Source: Geosiphon pyriformis uo1
Taxonomy: Eukaryota; Fungi; Glomeromycota
Length of the DNA stretch: 64,000 nucleotides
Reading direction: 5' to 3'
Assembly (NCBI GenBank): GCA_016748015.1
Contig: JAAOMT010000445.1
Coordinates: 1 to 64,000 of the forward strand
Below are positions 1-12,171 of the stretch, piece by piece. Numbering within the stretch: the first letter of the stretch is position 1; every line of letters starts with the position of its first letter. Position numbers and translations under genes: made by a program. The notes under the pieces are model-generated. The model saw only the letters and a list, made by a program, of their open reading frames with translations, searched no databases and was not told where the DNA came from.

Positions 1-75
1 ACAGTCTCCGATTTAAGGCCTTTTGCCTCTTTTACTCATACCATATTTTGCATTATAATCTGAAAGTTCTACCTT
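1..75 (+). repeat. Left arm of 75-bp inverted repeat (partner 9403-9477)
   Basis: 72/75 identical to the reverse complement of 9403-9477. May extend beyond the window edge. Confidence 0.95.
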
Positions 76-78
76 AGA

Positions 79-1573
79 ATGAAGGAAAATCAAACTTCAC
101 CTCTAGAAACACATTGCAAAACCTCTTTATTATAATTTATTCAAACTAATAATCCCACAAAAATTCTTCAAATTTCAACATCTATCCTTTCAAATATGAG
201 CATAGACTGCCGTAAAAAAGCAGCTAAACAAATAATTGTTAAAAAAGACCAACATGGTGATACATTGGTACATTTTGCAGCACGTTATCATGCAATTGAT
301 GTTTTGAAATTAATTGTGAACGAGTTTAGTGCAGATGTTACAGGAGTTAATATTCATGGTAAGCAAAAACTCCAATAACCACATTTTTGAAAGTTACCAC
401 TATTATATTAAGTAAATGAGCACCTCTTTTTAAACTCAGGAAGGCAAACACTTCATGAAGCAATTGATGATTTAGAATGTGTTAAGTTTTTATGTCATCA
501 TTCGAATATAGATGTAAATTGTATAAAACATGGCGGATGGACACCTTTAATGATTTCCGATAAGGATAATTATATTTAATAAATTTGAGATTCTCTGTTT
601 TCTATTAGATTTATTTCTTATTTCGATATATTTATTTCTAGCGATGAAGGGAAGAATCGACATTGCGAAAGAATTAGTTCAAACTGGAGCCAGAGTTAAT
701 CTAAAAAATAAAGATAGCTGGAATATTCTTCATCTGGCTTTAAAAGAAGGTTCCATTTATCAATATTTTTAATTTTTGCCTTTATCAAATGTTAATTATT
801 TAATCTTTATGGTATAATTACTTATAATTACTTATAATTTCAAGGTCATTTAGCTCTTGTGAAATACTTTAGATTACTCTCGCCGGAAACTGTATTTACA
901 CCAAGTAATTCAGGCCGATTACCAATACACACTGCTGCACTCTATAATTATGTCGATATTGTTCTATTTTTCCTAGAATATTTCTCAAATTCTAACCTTC
1001 CTTTTTATAACACTGCACATTTGGACATCTTTTTAACGACATCTAATAATTCTGGAATTAACCTTTTTCAGAATGCTGTGATATCTGGGAATTTACGGCT
1101 CATTAAAACGCTTTTAGAAGATTATAAAATTGATCTAAATGCAAAGGATAAATTGGGAAGACAGGCGATACATCATTCTGCCATGACTGGAAATGCAGAG
1201 GTTATCAAATTTTAATTAAAAATCAAAGAGAAGAGAAAAAGAAAGCGGATAGAAATTTAGAGATTGAGATTGAAATTGATGTTGATGTTGATGTTGATGC
1301 TAGAGATGAATAGGACTTGTGGACACCTTTACATTTTGCAGCTAAAGAGGGACACGAGAAGATATTTGCATTCTTAGTTAACCAATATAAGGCTCGAAAA
1401 GATATTAGGAATAGGCATGGGATAACAGTATTAGATATAGGTATAGTATGAAGAAATTCTAATCTTTTTGATATTTTTTTAAAAAGTAAATTATTTCCTA
1501 TCTATACTTTAAAATTACAACAGCTTATATGTGGAATCGAGAAAGCATAATAGAATCTATTCGCGAAGAGTGA
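79..1573 (+). pseudogene. Ankyrin-repeat protein pseudogene, ANKRD16-like, multi-exon
   Basis: Spliced frames give GDTLVHFAARYH, WTPLMIS, KNKDSWNILHLALKEG, GRLPIHTAAL, DKLGRQAIHHSAMTG and WTPLHFAAKEGH, in the order seen in ANKRD16. Lesions: in-frame TAA at 133-135, intron donor GT>AT at 560, 1-nt frameshift near 1210, TAG at 1311-1313. Confidence 0.8.
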
Positions 1574-4487
1574 TATTTTACAAATTATTTTTTCAAAAAC
1601 CGCATAGGAATTGAATTCTGGAAAACTTCATCATCTATATTTAGGATTATAACTGTATTTTTTTCGGGCGATGGATATATAAGATAAATTAATAATTATA
1701 AGCATTTTTTTTGATAACGCAGTTTATTATTACATGTATTAACTCAAGTTAAACACATTATGGGCTCATAATTATAGTTCTAAAGCTGTACTTTTTGCAA
1801 ACAAAAAATCTGCAAGGTTTTCAATGATTAATATCTTTTGGTAAACACCCTAAAAAAGATTGTTTTATTTATGAATTTTAACCTTCAGAAAAATATAAAA
1901 TAACCGTCACAAAAATTATTTTTAGCTAAATTTATATTCTATGTGAAAGTATTTTTTAGATATTTTAGTGATAGCTTTTTTAGAATTTCAAGTCTATTTG
2001 GTAGATTTCAATTCAAATAAATAAATAAAATAAGATTTTGTATAAAACACAATCAATTATTTTATGAAATATATAAACAGCCTGTAAATTTTTTAAATTA
2101 GTACAAGTTAACCCAGAATAACAGTTCTTATGAGAAATAAAAAGAATAAATGACGAAATAATGAAAATCACAACAAAAATGCTTATTTAAAAAACTTCCT
2201 ATAATTAACAACATTAACAGTTTAATACATGATCTAAATATTCAAGAATCTTTTTAGAACATTTATTTAAAAAAAATTTCATAAATTAAAAAATCAAACA
2301 AACCATTTTTTATAAAATTCCCACAACTTTTAAATTTCCAAATTAAACTAATTTAACGAAAATTTAAATGATATTTATCATATTTGAAAAATTTTAATTT
2401 ATAGCCTTTAACAAGTATAAATCTTTCAAAATTTTGCTTTTTAAATTTGATTCTCTAAACATAAAATTTTATGCTTATTAAAAATATTATTAATATATTA
2501 AAGGCTTGTTAATTAGGAATTATGCTTGAATTTTCTTTTAAAAAGGCAAAATAAATTTTAAATACTAATGCAATTTTTAGTACATATATTATTTATTTAT
2601 TATGCTTTATTAAAGTAGGACCAAATATATACATATTTAAAGTTTTTAAATTAAATTTCATTTATGTATATAAAATTTCACTGGAATTTTCTATCCATAA
2701 ACTTTATTTTTCAATAAAATTTTTATTAAATATAGTTCAGTCTTAAAAATTAAGATATTATAGATTTAGAAATAAAAAACCTTATGCTTGTAAATTGAAA
2801 CATGAATTAATAAAATCATATATTTTCCTTTAAAATTCAAATGCTCAAGAGATTTAGATATATTTGGGCTTTAGGCAAATAAAAAGTTTTGCAAAAATAC
2901 AAATATTTATACTTCTGAATATGACTTTTCTCTTAAGCTTTTAATATCAATTCAGACCTTATAGTAATCAACTCAAAGAAATTATAAATAATATAATATA
3001 AAATAAATTTTTCAATAATAAAACAATATATCGAAACCCTTAATAAAGCATTAAAACAACAGAAAATTCGCTAGATTTTATTTTAGCTAAAAAAGTTTTT
3101 TTTGTTAGAGCTTTTTATTAAAAAGGCAATATGAGCTCAGATAATATTATTATTGATAAACCACTAATTGCTTCGAAAAGAATAAAGGTTTATTGCTAGT
3201 TTTAAAAATTAAGAAATAAAACATACAATCTTTTTAACATTTGTATAATATTATGGTTTTGTACTTAATAGATTCGCAAATAACATTGAAAACCCAATAA
3301 TATTTTATTTTGAAATTTATTTGAGATGAAAAATTAGGATAAATATTCAGAAAAAAATATTTTGTATTAAAAATTTTAAAATATATAATAATTATAACTG
3401 TAAAAAATTAGACAGTTTTTTTATAGTCCTTCCACTATTTACATCAATAGAAAAATCTACTATAGATATATCATGCATTTTTTACACGTAATCAGCTACT
3501 CGAACTTACTGTTATTGGTCTGATTCAATTCTGGTGCTCAATCTGAATTTGGCTATAAACAACAGTCTTTTTTCATATTGATAATAGCAGCAATAGCATG
3601 TTTGCCAAAACTGGCTTTGATTAGCTATACTGAATTGCTTGAAACTTTGAATTCTAGTATTATTAAAGGTTTTAATTGGTTTTTCAGATGTTATTAATGT
3701 TATGTTTACTATTAATTTTGTTGTTGCTAAAAGCTAATTAATCTCTAATAAATTATTTATTCCCAAAATATTTTCTTATATTTTAGATTGTGTATGCTAT
3801 TGGATTTATAATAAAATAACCAATTCTGTGCTAATTATTTTGTATAGATACTTTGTAAAAATGTCAACTTTTCTACAAAAAATTTTAATTGTAAGCTTTT
3901 TAATAATTTGAAAAAAAAGAAAAAAAAGAAAAGTAAATGTTTTTGTTAAAAAAAAAACATTTTCTGTTCTGGCTTAAAGTAATTAAACTGTTTACTAAAA
4001 TTAATAGCTAATTAATTCAAAATGTTAGTTAAGATAATGAATATTAAAAACAGTTAATTATCAAAAAAATTGGTTTTTTTTAAGTAAAAATACTTATTTT
4101 ATTTTGATAATTTGTATTACTAGATAATTAATTTTTAACTTGATAAATTTTCTTAAAAAAACAAGTTCTTCTTTTATATATTTTATTATAATACTATTTT
4201 GAGTTTTAGCACTCTATTTTTTGTTAATATTTAAATAAACTAAATGTATATTTTAATGAACTATTGAATATTTTAAATATTTTGGTAAATTCTTGAATGT
4301 TATATAGTGTATAATCTAATTATTGTATTTAATTATATTTGTTTATAATATAAATTGAGTTATTAATTAAATAGTAATATTTGATAATTTGACTTAATAA
4401 TAAGTAATAAAATTAAAATAATATAATAAATTAATTAATAATAAGATAATTTTATATTAATTAATAATTCGAATTTCGGTTGATAAT

Positions 4488-5970
4488 ATTAATTAATTTT
4501 TACTAATTATAAAATTTAAACAAATTATATTTCTATATATAACTTTAAAAAATTAATTTATTAAGTCATCTAATTATAAAGATTAAACTAATTAAATAAA
4601 AACCAAATTACTTTTTTCTTTTTTGTTTTTTGATAATATTATTATTTTTAAAATTATTTGAAAGATTTTTACAAGTTTTTAAAAATTTTTTTAAGTAAGT
4701 GATCTTTATTTTAATATTTAATAAAACTATAAAGATTAAAATAATTTATGTAAAGACTATATTCTAATTTTTGTCTGATTATTTTTGGTTTAAAATCAAT
4801 TACTAAAACAATAATAAACTGTTTTATATAAAATTTGTATTTTAAACTTTTTTAAATACAGTTGTTATAGTTAAAACTTTTACTTTTTAGTTTTATATAT
4901 TTATTTAATCATAGTTAATTATATATATTAGTTATTAATATTATTAATTAGCCATCTTATTTTTAGAAATAGATAATAATATAATTATTTACTTACTTAT
5001 TAACTTAGTTATTAATTTAATTTTTGACTTAATTATTAACCAAATTATTAATATGATTACTAACCTAATTATTGATCTTTTTTAAGAGTATATAAGCAAA
5101 ACTTTTTAAAACTATAGAAATTCATTTATATTTAAATCAAAAATTTATTTAAAAAAAAGATTAATATAATAATATTAATTTATTTATTTATTTTTTACTA
5201 TTTTTTTTATTTTTTTTTNNNNNNNNNNNNNNNNNNNNATATTAATTAATTTTTACTAATTATAAAATTTAAACAAATTATATTTCTATATATAACTTTA
5301 AAAAATTAATTTATTAAGTCATCTAATTATAAAGATTAAACTAATTAAATAAAAACCAAATTACTTTTTTCTTTTTTGTTTTTTGATAATATTATTATTT
5401 TTAAAATTATTTGAAAGATTTTTACAAGTTTTTAAAAATTTTTTTAAGTAAGTGATCTTTATTTTAATATTTAATAAAACTATAAAGATTAAAATAATTT
5501 ATGTAAAGACTATATTCTAATTTTTGTCTGATTATTTTTGGTTTAAAATCAATTACTAAAACAATAATAAACTGTTTTATATAAAATTTGTATTTTAAAC
5601 TTTTTTAAATACAGTTGTTATAGTTAAAACTTTTACTTTTTAGTTTTATATATTTATTTAATCATAGTTAATTATATATATTAGTTATTAATATTATTAA
5701 TTAGCCATCTTATTTTTAGAAATAGATAATAATATAATTATTTACTTACTTATTAACTTAGTTATTAATTTAATTTTTGACTTAATTATTAACCAAATTA
5801 TTAATATGATTACTAACCTAATTATTGATCTTTTTTAAGAGTATATAAGCAAAACTTTTTAAAACTATAGAAATTCATTTATATTTAAATCAAAAATTTA
5901 TTTAAAAAAAAGATTAATATAATAATATTAATTTATTTATTTATTTTTTACTATTTTTTTTATTTTTTTT
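4488..5970. other. Apparent assembly artefact: ~730-bp identical duplication (4488-5218 / 5239-5970) flanking a 20-N gap (5219-5238)
   Basis: The sequence after the Ns repeats the sequence before them, apparently base for base. Confidence 0.85.
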
Positions 5971-6900
5971 TCTTGATTTGTGTAATTGTTAGTTTTTGTA
6001 AAGTATGTTGAATAAATGTTTACTGAAAAGTATAACTAATATATAATATTAAATTTTAAAAGTGTTAATATGAAACATAAAATTATATTAGTGTGTTATT
6101 TTTTGTTAATAGTATAGACTATTTTTTTATTTTTAGATTTTTTTATTATCTTTTAAAAAAATAGCAACTAAGATATTTATAAAACTGATCTTATATATTA
6201 AATTCTTACTAATTCAATTCGCTTATTAAAGTTGAATTACTTTTTTATTATTTTTATCATTATATAATATAGTTTTTTTTGTTATTTATTAGTATATTAC
6301 ATTTCATTATAACATTAATATATAATTTTAGCTTGCTAAATTACTTTTTATTTTATTTTTAAAATAGTAAAGTCTTCTGTAATTTTTGTATTTAATTTTG
6401 TTTTTGTTGTTATTTTTTCTAATATTTTTTTTTAAACTATTATAAATATTTTGGACAAAGTTTTTAATATTAAGTTAAAGCCTATTAGTTAATAATAATA
6501 TAATCTTATATATTTTAAATTATATATGTTTTTGAATATTGTTTTGGCTTATTATTTAATTCTTATTAAAAAAACAGCATTAAAATTTATTTATTTTTCA
6601 ATTAAACAATGATTATTATATCTAAAAATACATTTAAAGCCAAATTATTAAATTTTTTATTTGGTTTTACTGTTTTAAGATTAATAAATTAGTTTTTTAA
6701 GTATGCAATTATATTTGCTTTTTTTTTTAAGCTTCTAATTTTGCTTAATAGTTAAAATATGATATTGTTATTTTCAGTTTTTGTGAAAACTTAGATATTA
6801 TTATTGTTAGAACTGATATTTTAATAAAAATATATCTAATAAAAAACTTTTAATTGTTAATATAAATTTTTAACTATTAAAATTTAAATTATTTGATTTT
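4540..6900 (+). mobile_element. Highly decayed LINE ORF1 relic, interrupted by a dispersed repeat
   Basis: About 4570-4720 aligns by eye with 54400-54540, and about 6360-6600 with 54720-54960, of the large decayed LINE. Boundaries approximate. Confidence 0.45.
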
Positions 6901-6984
6901 GAATTGTAATGTGTTTTTACTTTTTTCTTCTAAGATTTTAACAAAATTTATAATTAGTTTTAAGATTTTTACAAGCTATATTAT

Positions 6985-7580
6985 TAATTTAAAGTTATAT
7001 TATTATAGTTTAAACTTTTATTTTTTAGTTTTTTATTTATTAATTTATTTGGTTATATTTAGTTACATATATTAGCCACTAATGTTATTAATTAACAATT
7101 CTATTTTTAAAAATAGCTATTAATATAATTATTAACTTAGTCATTAACTTGATCATTAACTCGATTATTAACCTAATTATAGACCAAATTATTAATGTAA
7201 TCACTAACTTAATTATTGATCTCTTTTTAAGAATATATAAACAAAACTTTTCAAGACTGTAAAAATTCATTCATACTAAGATTAAATTTATTTAAAACAA
7301 AAATCAATACAATATCAACTTTTTTATTTCTTTTTTATTCTATTATTCTTTTTTTTCTTTATTTGTATAATTATTAATTTTAGTAAAGTATATTAAAAAA
7401 ATGTTTACTAAAAAATACAACTGAAATCTGATATTAAATTCTAAAAGCATTAATATAAAACAGTATGAATTATTTTTTGAAAAGAATAAAATTTAAGATA
7501 TTTATAAGATTGATCTTATATATTGAATTTTTACTAATTTAATTCATTCATTAAAGTTAAATTATTCTTTTATAGTCCTC
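6985..7580 (+). repeat. Dispersed AT-rich repeat containing a ~12-bp tandem unit (TTAACTTGATCA-like); other copies at ~4860-5218/5612-6260 (+) and ~60790-61075 (-)
   Basis: Colinear similarity between copies, including the 12-bp array at ~4995-5075, ~7125-7220 and, inverted, ~60835-60960. Boundaries approximate. Confidence 0.7.
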
Positions 7581-8669
7581 TCTCTTATTATTCTATAATT
7601 TATTAGTAAATAATTAAAGATAGCTTTCAAAATATGAACTTTGGATTGTTTTTTATTAGTAATACTTTTTTTATAAGCAATTATTTTTTAGAACGAAAAC
7701 TAGTAATTGTTTCGCAAAGAATACTTTGATTGAAAATGCTTTCTTTTTACGAAAATTATAGCAATAGTCTATTATAAACAAAAAGTATATATTTATTCAT
7801 CTAATTAGTAGTTATAAAATAAGTTTTATTTAATTCATTAAAAAATTTAAAAACACCAAATAATCTATTTCTTATTATAAATAACATCAGCAAACATTTA
7901 TTTAAAGATTCAAAAAAAAATTAAATTATTTTGAAAGAAATTAGTCAAAGCTATTGTTATATAAAATGCAATCTTATAAAGTTTTAAATTAAAAAAAAAA
8001 AGAACACAAACTTAAAAAAACTAATAATAATAATAGTAAAAATAATAATAATAATAATAATGATTTTGTGTTTCTAAACTCTTTTTTTAAAATAAAAAAA
8101 AATTAATTTATATCAACCATTCATTATTTTAATGTGTTTTAGCAAAAATAATTTAAATAAGAAATGTTTTGGAAAATAAATATAAAAAAATTAATAATTT
8201 CTATTGTATTTATTAAATTCCAAGTTATTCAATTAAATTAATTTAATATTCTGTTTTAACAAAACATATACATGTATATATTATAAATTTTTCTAATTTT
8301 ATATTTTAAAAAAAATTATTTATTTATTCTATTTAATTTTTGTATAATTATAAGCAAAATTATTGTTATACTTTTTTTATCATTTAATATAATATGTGGA
8401 TATTATAATATTAAAAGTTGTAAAAAGTAAACAAATTTAATATTTTGTTTGTTAAAAAATAACTTAATACATTAATTATTTTAAAATATTTACATATGAA
8501 TTTTCAATAATGAAAATCATATTGTAGTAATGGATTGATAGGGCCAAATAACATCATAATAATGTTTATTATAACATATAACATTAGATTTTTATTCAAT
8601 TAATTTTAGCACACATTCAAAATTTTATTGAATTAGAATTTTATTTTTTATAAAACCAAAGAAATATTT

Positions 8670-9360
8670 TATGATCGGTTCAGTATTGACTTTAGATCAG
8701 AAATTTGATGCTCATTTTCAGCTTTTATTATTTTTCGTGCTCTTTCCATTAGATTCCCATGCTTAATCTGACGGATTGAGTACATTCATCTTACAACTAT
8801 AATAATAGAGTAGAATGGATGTCATATAGCAGAGGACGATACCCATTCATACAGTACACCACAAAAGTATTCCGACTTTATAACTTGATATATAGGTAAT
8901 TAAAAATTCTTTTTTATTTGAATTTTTAAACAGACTAGAACAATTTTCTTCATCCAAGAAACTGCGAACTTTTAATATTGGTTGGTGGGTTTCTCCCATC
9001 TTTTAACCTAATAAATGGCTGTAGACTTACTAGAATGGATGTACTTTGCTGTATCTTCAAGTCCAAGTTTTGGGACTTTGAGATGCTTATTTTAAAAAAT
9101 GATGGAAGACATGAAACTTGATGACAATGAAATATCTCATATAGAAGATCTACCAATCTATAAAAGGTATTAATGAACAGCATTTATATTGTTCTTTGTC
9201 TTCGAAAAATCTTGGGGCTCCACTATTGCTGGTAACTAAACTATTTCTTTTTAAAAACATTACCTTTTTAATGAATTTGTAAACAGCTTCCATGAATGGT
9301 GTAAAATTTCTAGCTGGATCGTCTTCAGATACAATAAGTTGTCGAAACAGATGGTCACGA
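8670..9360 (-). pseudogene. Possible degraded gene fragment of unknown family
   Basis: GC-richer island with exon-like frames (RDHLFRQLIVSEDDPARNFTPFMEAVYKFIKK followed by gtaatg; MERARKIIKAENEHQISDLKSILNRS*). No continuous ORF. Confidence 0.3.
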
Positions 9361-9402
9361 CTTATAAATGAAATGCGAAAGATAAATTGTCTATCTCTTC
9401 AA

Positions 9403-9477
9403 AAGGTAGAATTTTCAAATTATAATGCAAAATATGGTATGAGTAAAAGAGACAAAAGGCCTTAAATCGGAGACTGT
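9403..9477 (-). repeat. Right arm of 75-bp inverted repeat (partner 1-75)
   Basis: Reverse complement reads ACAGTCTCCGATTTAAGGCCTTTTG...TCTACCTT. Confidence 0.95.
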
Positions 9478-9976
9478 ATAGCGTAGTTGGTAAATCATAA
9501 ATTGGTGATAAGTTAGAGATTATCATGATAATCATGCAATGTGGGAGGTTTGTTTACTAAATTAGCGAGATTAAGGCCAACCTCACAGTCATTGAATATA
9601 TATTGATAATAGGGGCAAACGTTTACTCGGATCAATCCCAAATCCCAAAATCCCAAAACTCAGAGAACTTTGTATTAAAAAATTAAGCAACAAATTATAA
9701 AAATTGTGAAACGAGTAATTGAAGATGAGTTATAAAATTTAATTTAAATTTTTTATTCTGAATTAAAAATTTTAAATATTACTGAAAGTGAATGATCTAA
9801 AAAGTCATTTTAAATAGACACAAAATATAAACACGCTCAAAGCTATGTTATTTTCTAAAATATATTAGAAAGATTATTCATTTTTTGACATTCCTTCTTT
9901 CTGTTTTAAGTTTTAATTAGAAGCAAGATATTATTGGTCCTAATCAGTAATACTCAAAGTTTCAGGTTATAGCGAA

Positions 9977-10352
9977 GGTTTTTGACATAATAATTAGTTA
10001 AGGCAAATTGTCTTAGGAGGGAAAGCGCGGCACTCATATATTCGATTAAACCCTCCAACACAGGGTTCAAACCCTGTGTGGGGCAAATCAAATATAGATT
10101 ATCTGTCCGGGAAGACATAAAACTATCCGTCGATGGAAGATGACGTTAATTAACCCATCTGATAAGATGTAAATCTACCCATCTGATATGATGTAAATCT
10201 TCCATCCGAAATGATGTAAAACTATGTTTTTTTTTCATCCAGTATGACGTAACCCATCCAGAACGATGTGGCGACATTAAATAAACCCATCCGAAATGAT
10301 GTAAATCTATCTGTCAAAGGAAAATGACATTAATCACCATTCGCAATGATGA
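9977..10352 (+). mobile_element. tRNA-derived SINE-like element or ncRNA: degenerate tRNA head plus mini-hairpin array
   Basis: A-box-like TAGTTAAGGC, perfect T-arm hairpin ACACAGGGTTCAAACCCTGTGT (B box), then about 10 units of YRTC-N6/10-GAYR-T(A/T)A. Confidence 0.55.
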
Positions 10353-11155
10353 TAATAATTCTGATCCCTAAACATAATATAAAAGTTTTTTTTATAGACT
10401 AATAAAAATCTCATTTTATAATATTTTTCGCAAATAAACTAGCTAAAGAATAAAAAAAGATAAAGAGGGTATTTAACCCAAATCCACGGCTTTGACAAAA
10501 TTATTTAGCCAAATTTGAAAAATATAGCTTTTTTCGAACGATACGTCTAATATTCAAATTTACAAAAACGAATTTACAATCAAATAATTTTTAAAGGAAA
10601 CTAAGATTTTAAATTTCCTTGGCAATCTGTTTTCAGTTTTTCGTTATTATTTTCATAACGTATGCTACACTAAGGTTAAGAATTATATTTATTAAAATCA
10701 AATATGGGTTATCCAAATAGCTACTAATAAACTTGTTTAAAAGATGCTTAAATAGCAATGAGAAACATGGAAACAAAGGAAAAGTGAACGAAAAACAAAA
10801 CCAAGAGCTTACCTTTATACTGTAAATGTTTTGTTTGATTGAAGTTCAAGAAATGTTAGCCACGCTTTATTTGCCTTTTTGATTGATTATCAACTTATCA
10901 CAAAATTTATTCTTCAACAACAGTCATGTTACTGTGATGGGCAATTATATTCAACTCACCCTCTGTGGTTCAGGTAAAATTTTTTGATTCAATTTGGACC
11001 AATTCTACTATCAGATACGCTACTGTTGATGCGAGAGTATATCGATAAATTAAATAATTGGAGTTTGATTAAAGCCTGGGGTCGTGAAAATGATAAGATT
11101 TATCGTTCAGATTTGTGTCTTGGATCCAACCAACTAGCCAAAAAAAGATGAATAT

Positions 11156-12105
11156 TTAGTCCAAATGCATGGCCCCGACAAAATTGTTTTGATGAATTCG
11201 AGCAATATGGCTTTGTCTGCTTTTTTCCTGTGAAAATGCATGCTTTAGGGATTTCTTTTCAGAACGGCGCGTCTGACATTAGATTTCATGACACAGCAAT
11301 AAATTAATTGATAATTGGAAGGAAAAAATACAATTGCAAACAATAATAAAACTCGAAATTACCCGACGATCTGCTTTTATGGCTTCTTTTCGGTGCTTCT
11401 TTTCCTCTTTTGTTTCATTCTTGGCTCGTGCCACCCCAAAATTCACTAATGTTAAAGATTATATTTAGAAATAAATTTAGAAAATAAACTTGAAATAAAT
11501 TACCTCTTTCTTGTGAATTATCAATTGCCTTAGATTCTTCATCTAAACCAGATCTATCGTCTTGGTGATTAGCAGAGAGCCCGTCATTAAAAGACAAGTT
11601 TTCTAAAGGATTCTCGAAATTTCCATTTTCTTTATTTTCCTTCACAACTACGGGTAATCCTGTTTTAGGATCAACTTTAATTGTGCGAAGTGGCCGCCCA
11701 CTTTCGCGGATCAAAACAGGGTGATTCTCAAGATTGGAATATGTACCTAAATAAAAGATGAATTTTTACAAAGAAAACAAAGAAAAATGAGTGTGAAAAA
11801 CATAATTACTAATTATGGATTGGCAATCCCATGGCTCTCTGGTAAATCTCTCTTCTCGCGATGAATCTAATAAAATATCCTTTTCACTTTTTGGGCTGGA
11901 CATTAAATCATTGTCATCTTTGTGAAGATCATTTGATATAATGGCTTCTCCCAATGCACGTCTTATTGTTTCCAATTTATCCACAAATGAATCCCCTTCT
12001 AATTTTTGAACCATTTTTCCGTCAACTATTTCGTATTTATTTAAGAATTCTTGCATTATTGTATCGAAATCTTCTCGGTTCTGAATTTGTCCTCCAAGTT
12101 CACTC

Positions 12106-12171
<66 letters not shown>

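Noticed and set aside
4488-5970. 730-bp tandem duplication as a biological event
   Set aside because: Identical copies directly flank a 20-N gap, typical of an unmerged contig overlap. The same applies to the 18-bp repeat around 17961-17980.
9977-10086. Functional tRNA gene
   Set aside because: Acceptor and D stems are degenerate and there is no canonical anticodon arm; only the T-arm is intact.
10101-10352. Hammerhead ribozyme array
   Set aside because: CTGAT and GAAA fragments occur, but no complete CUGANGA...GAAA core with three stems could be built.
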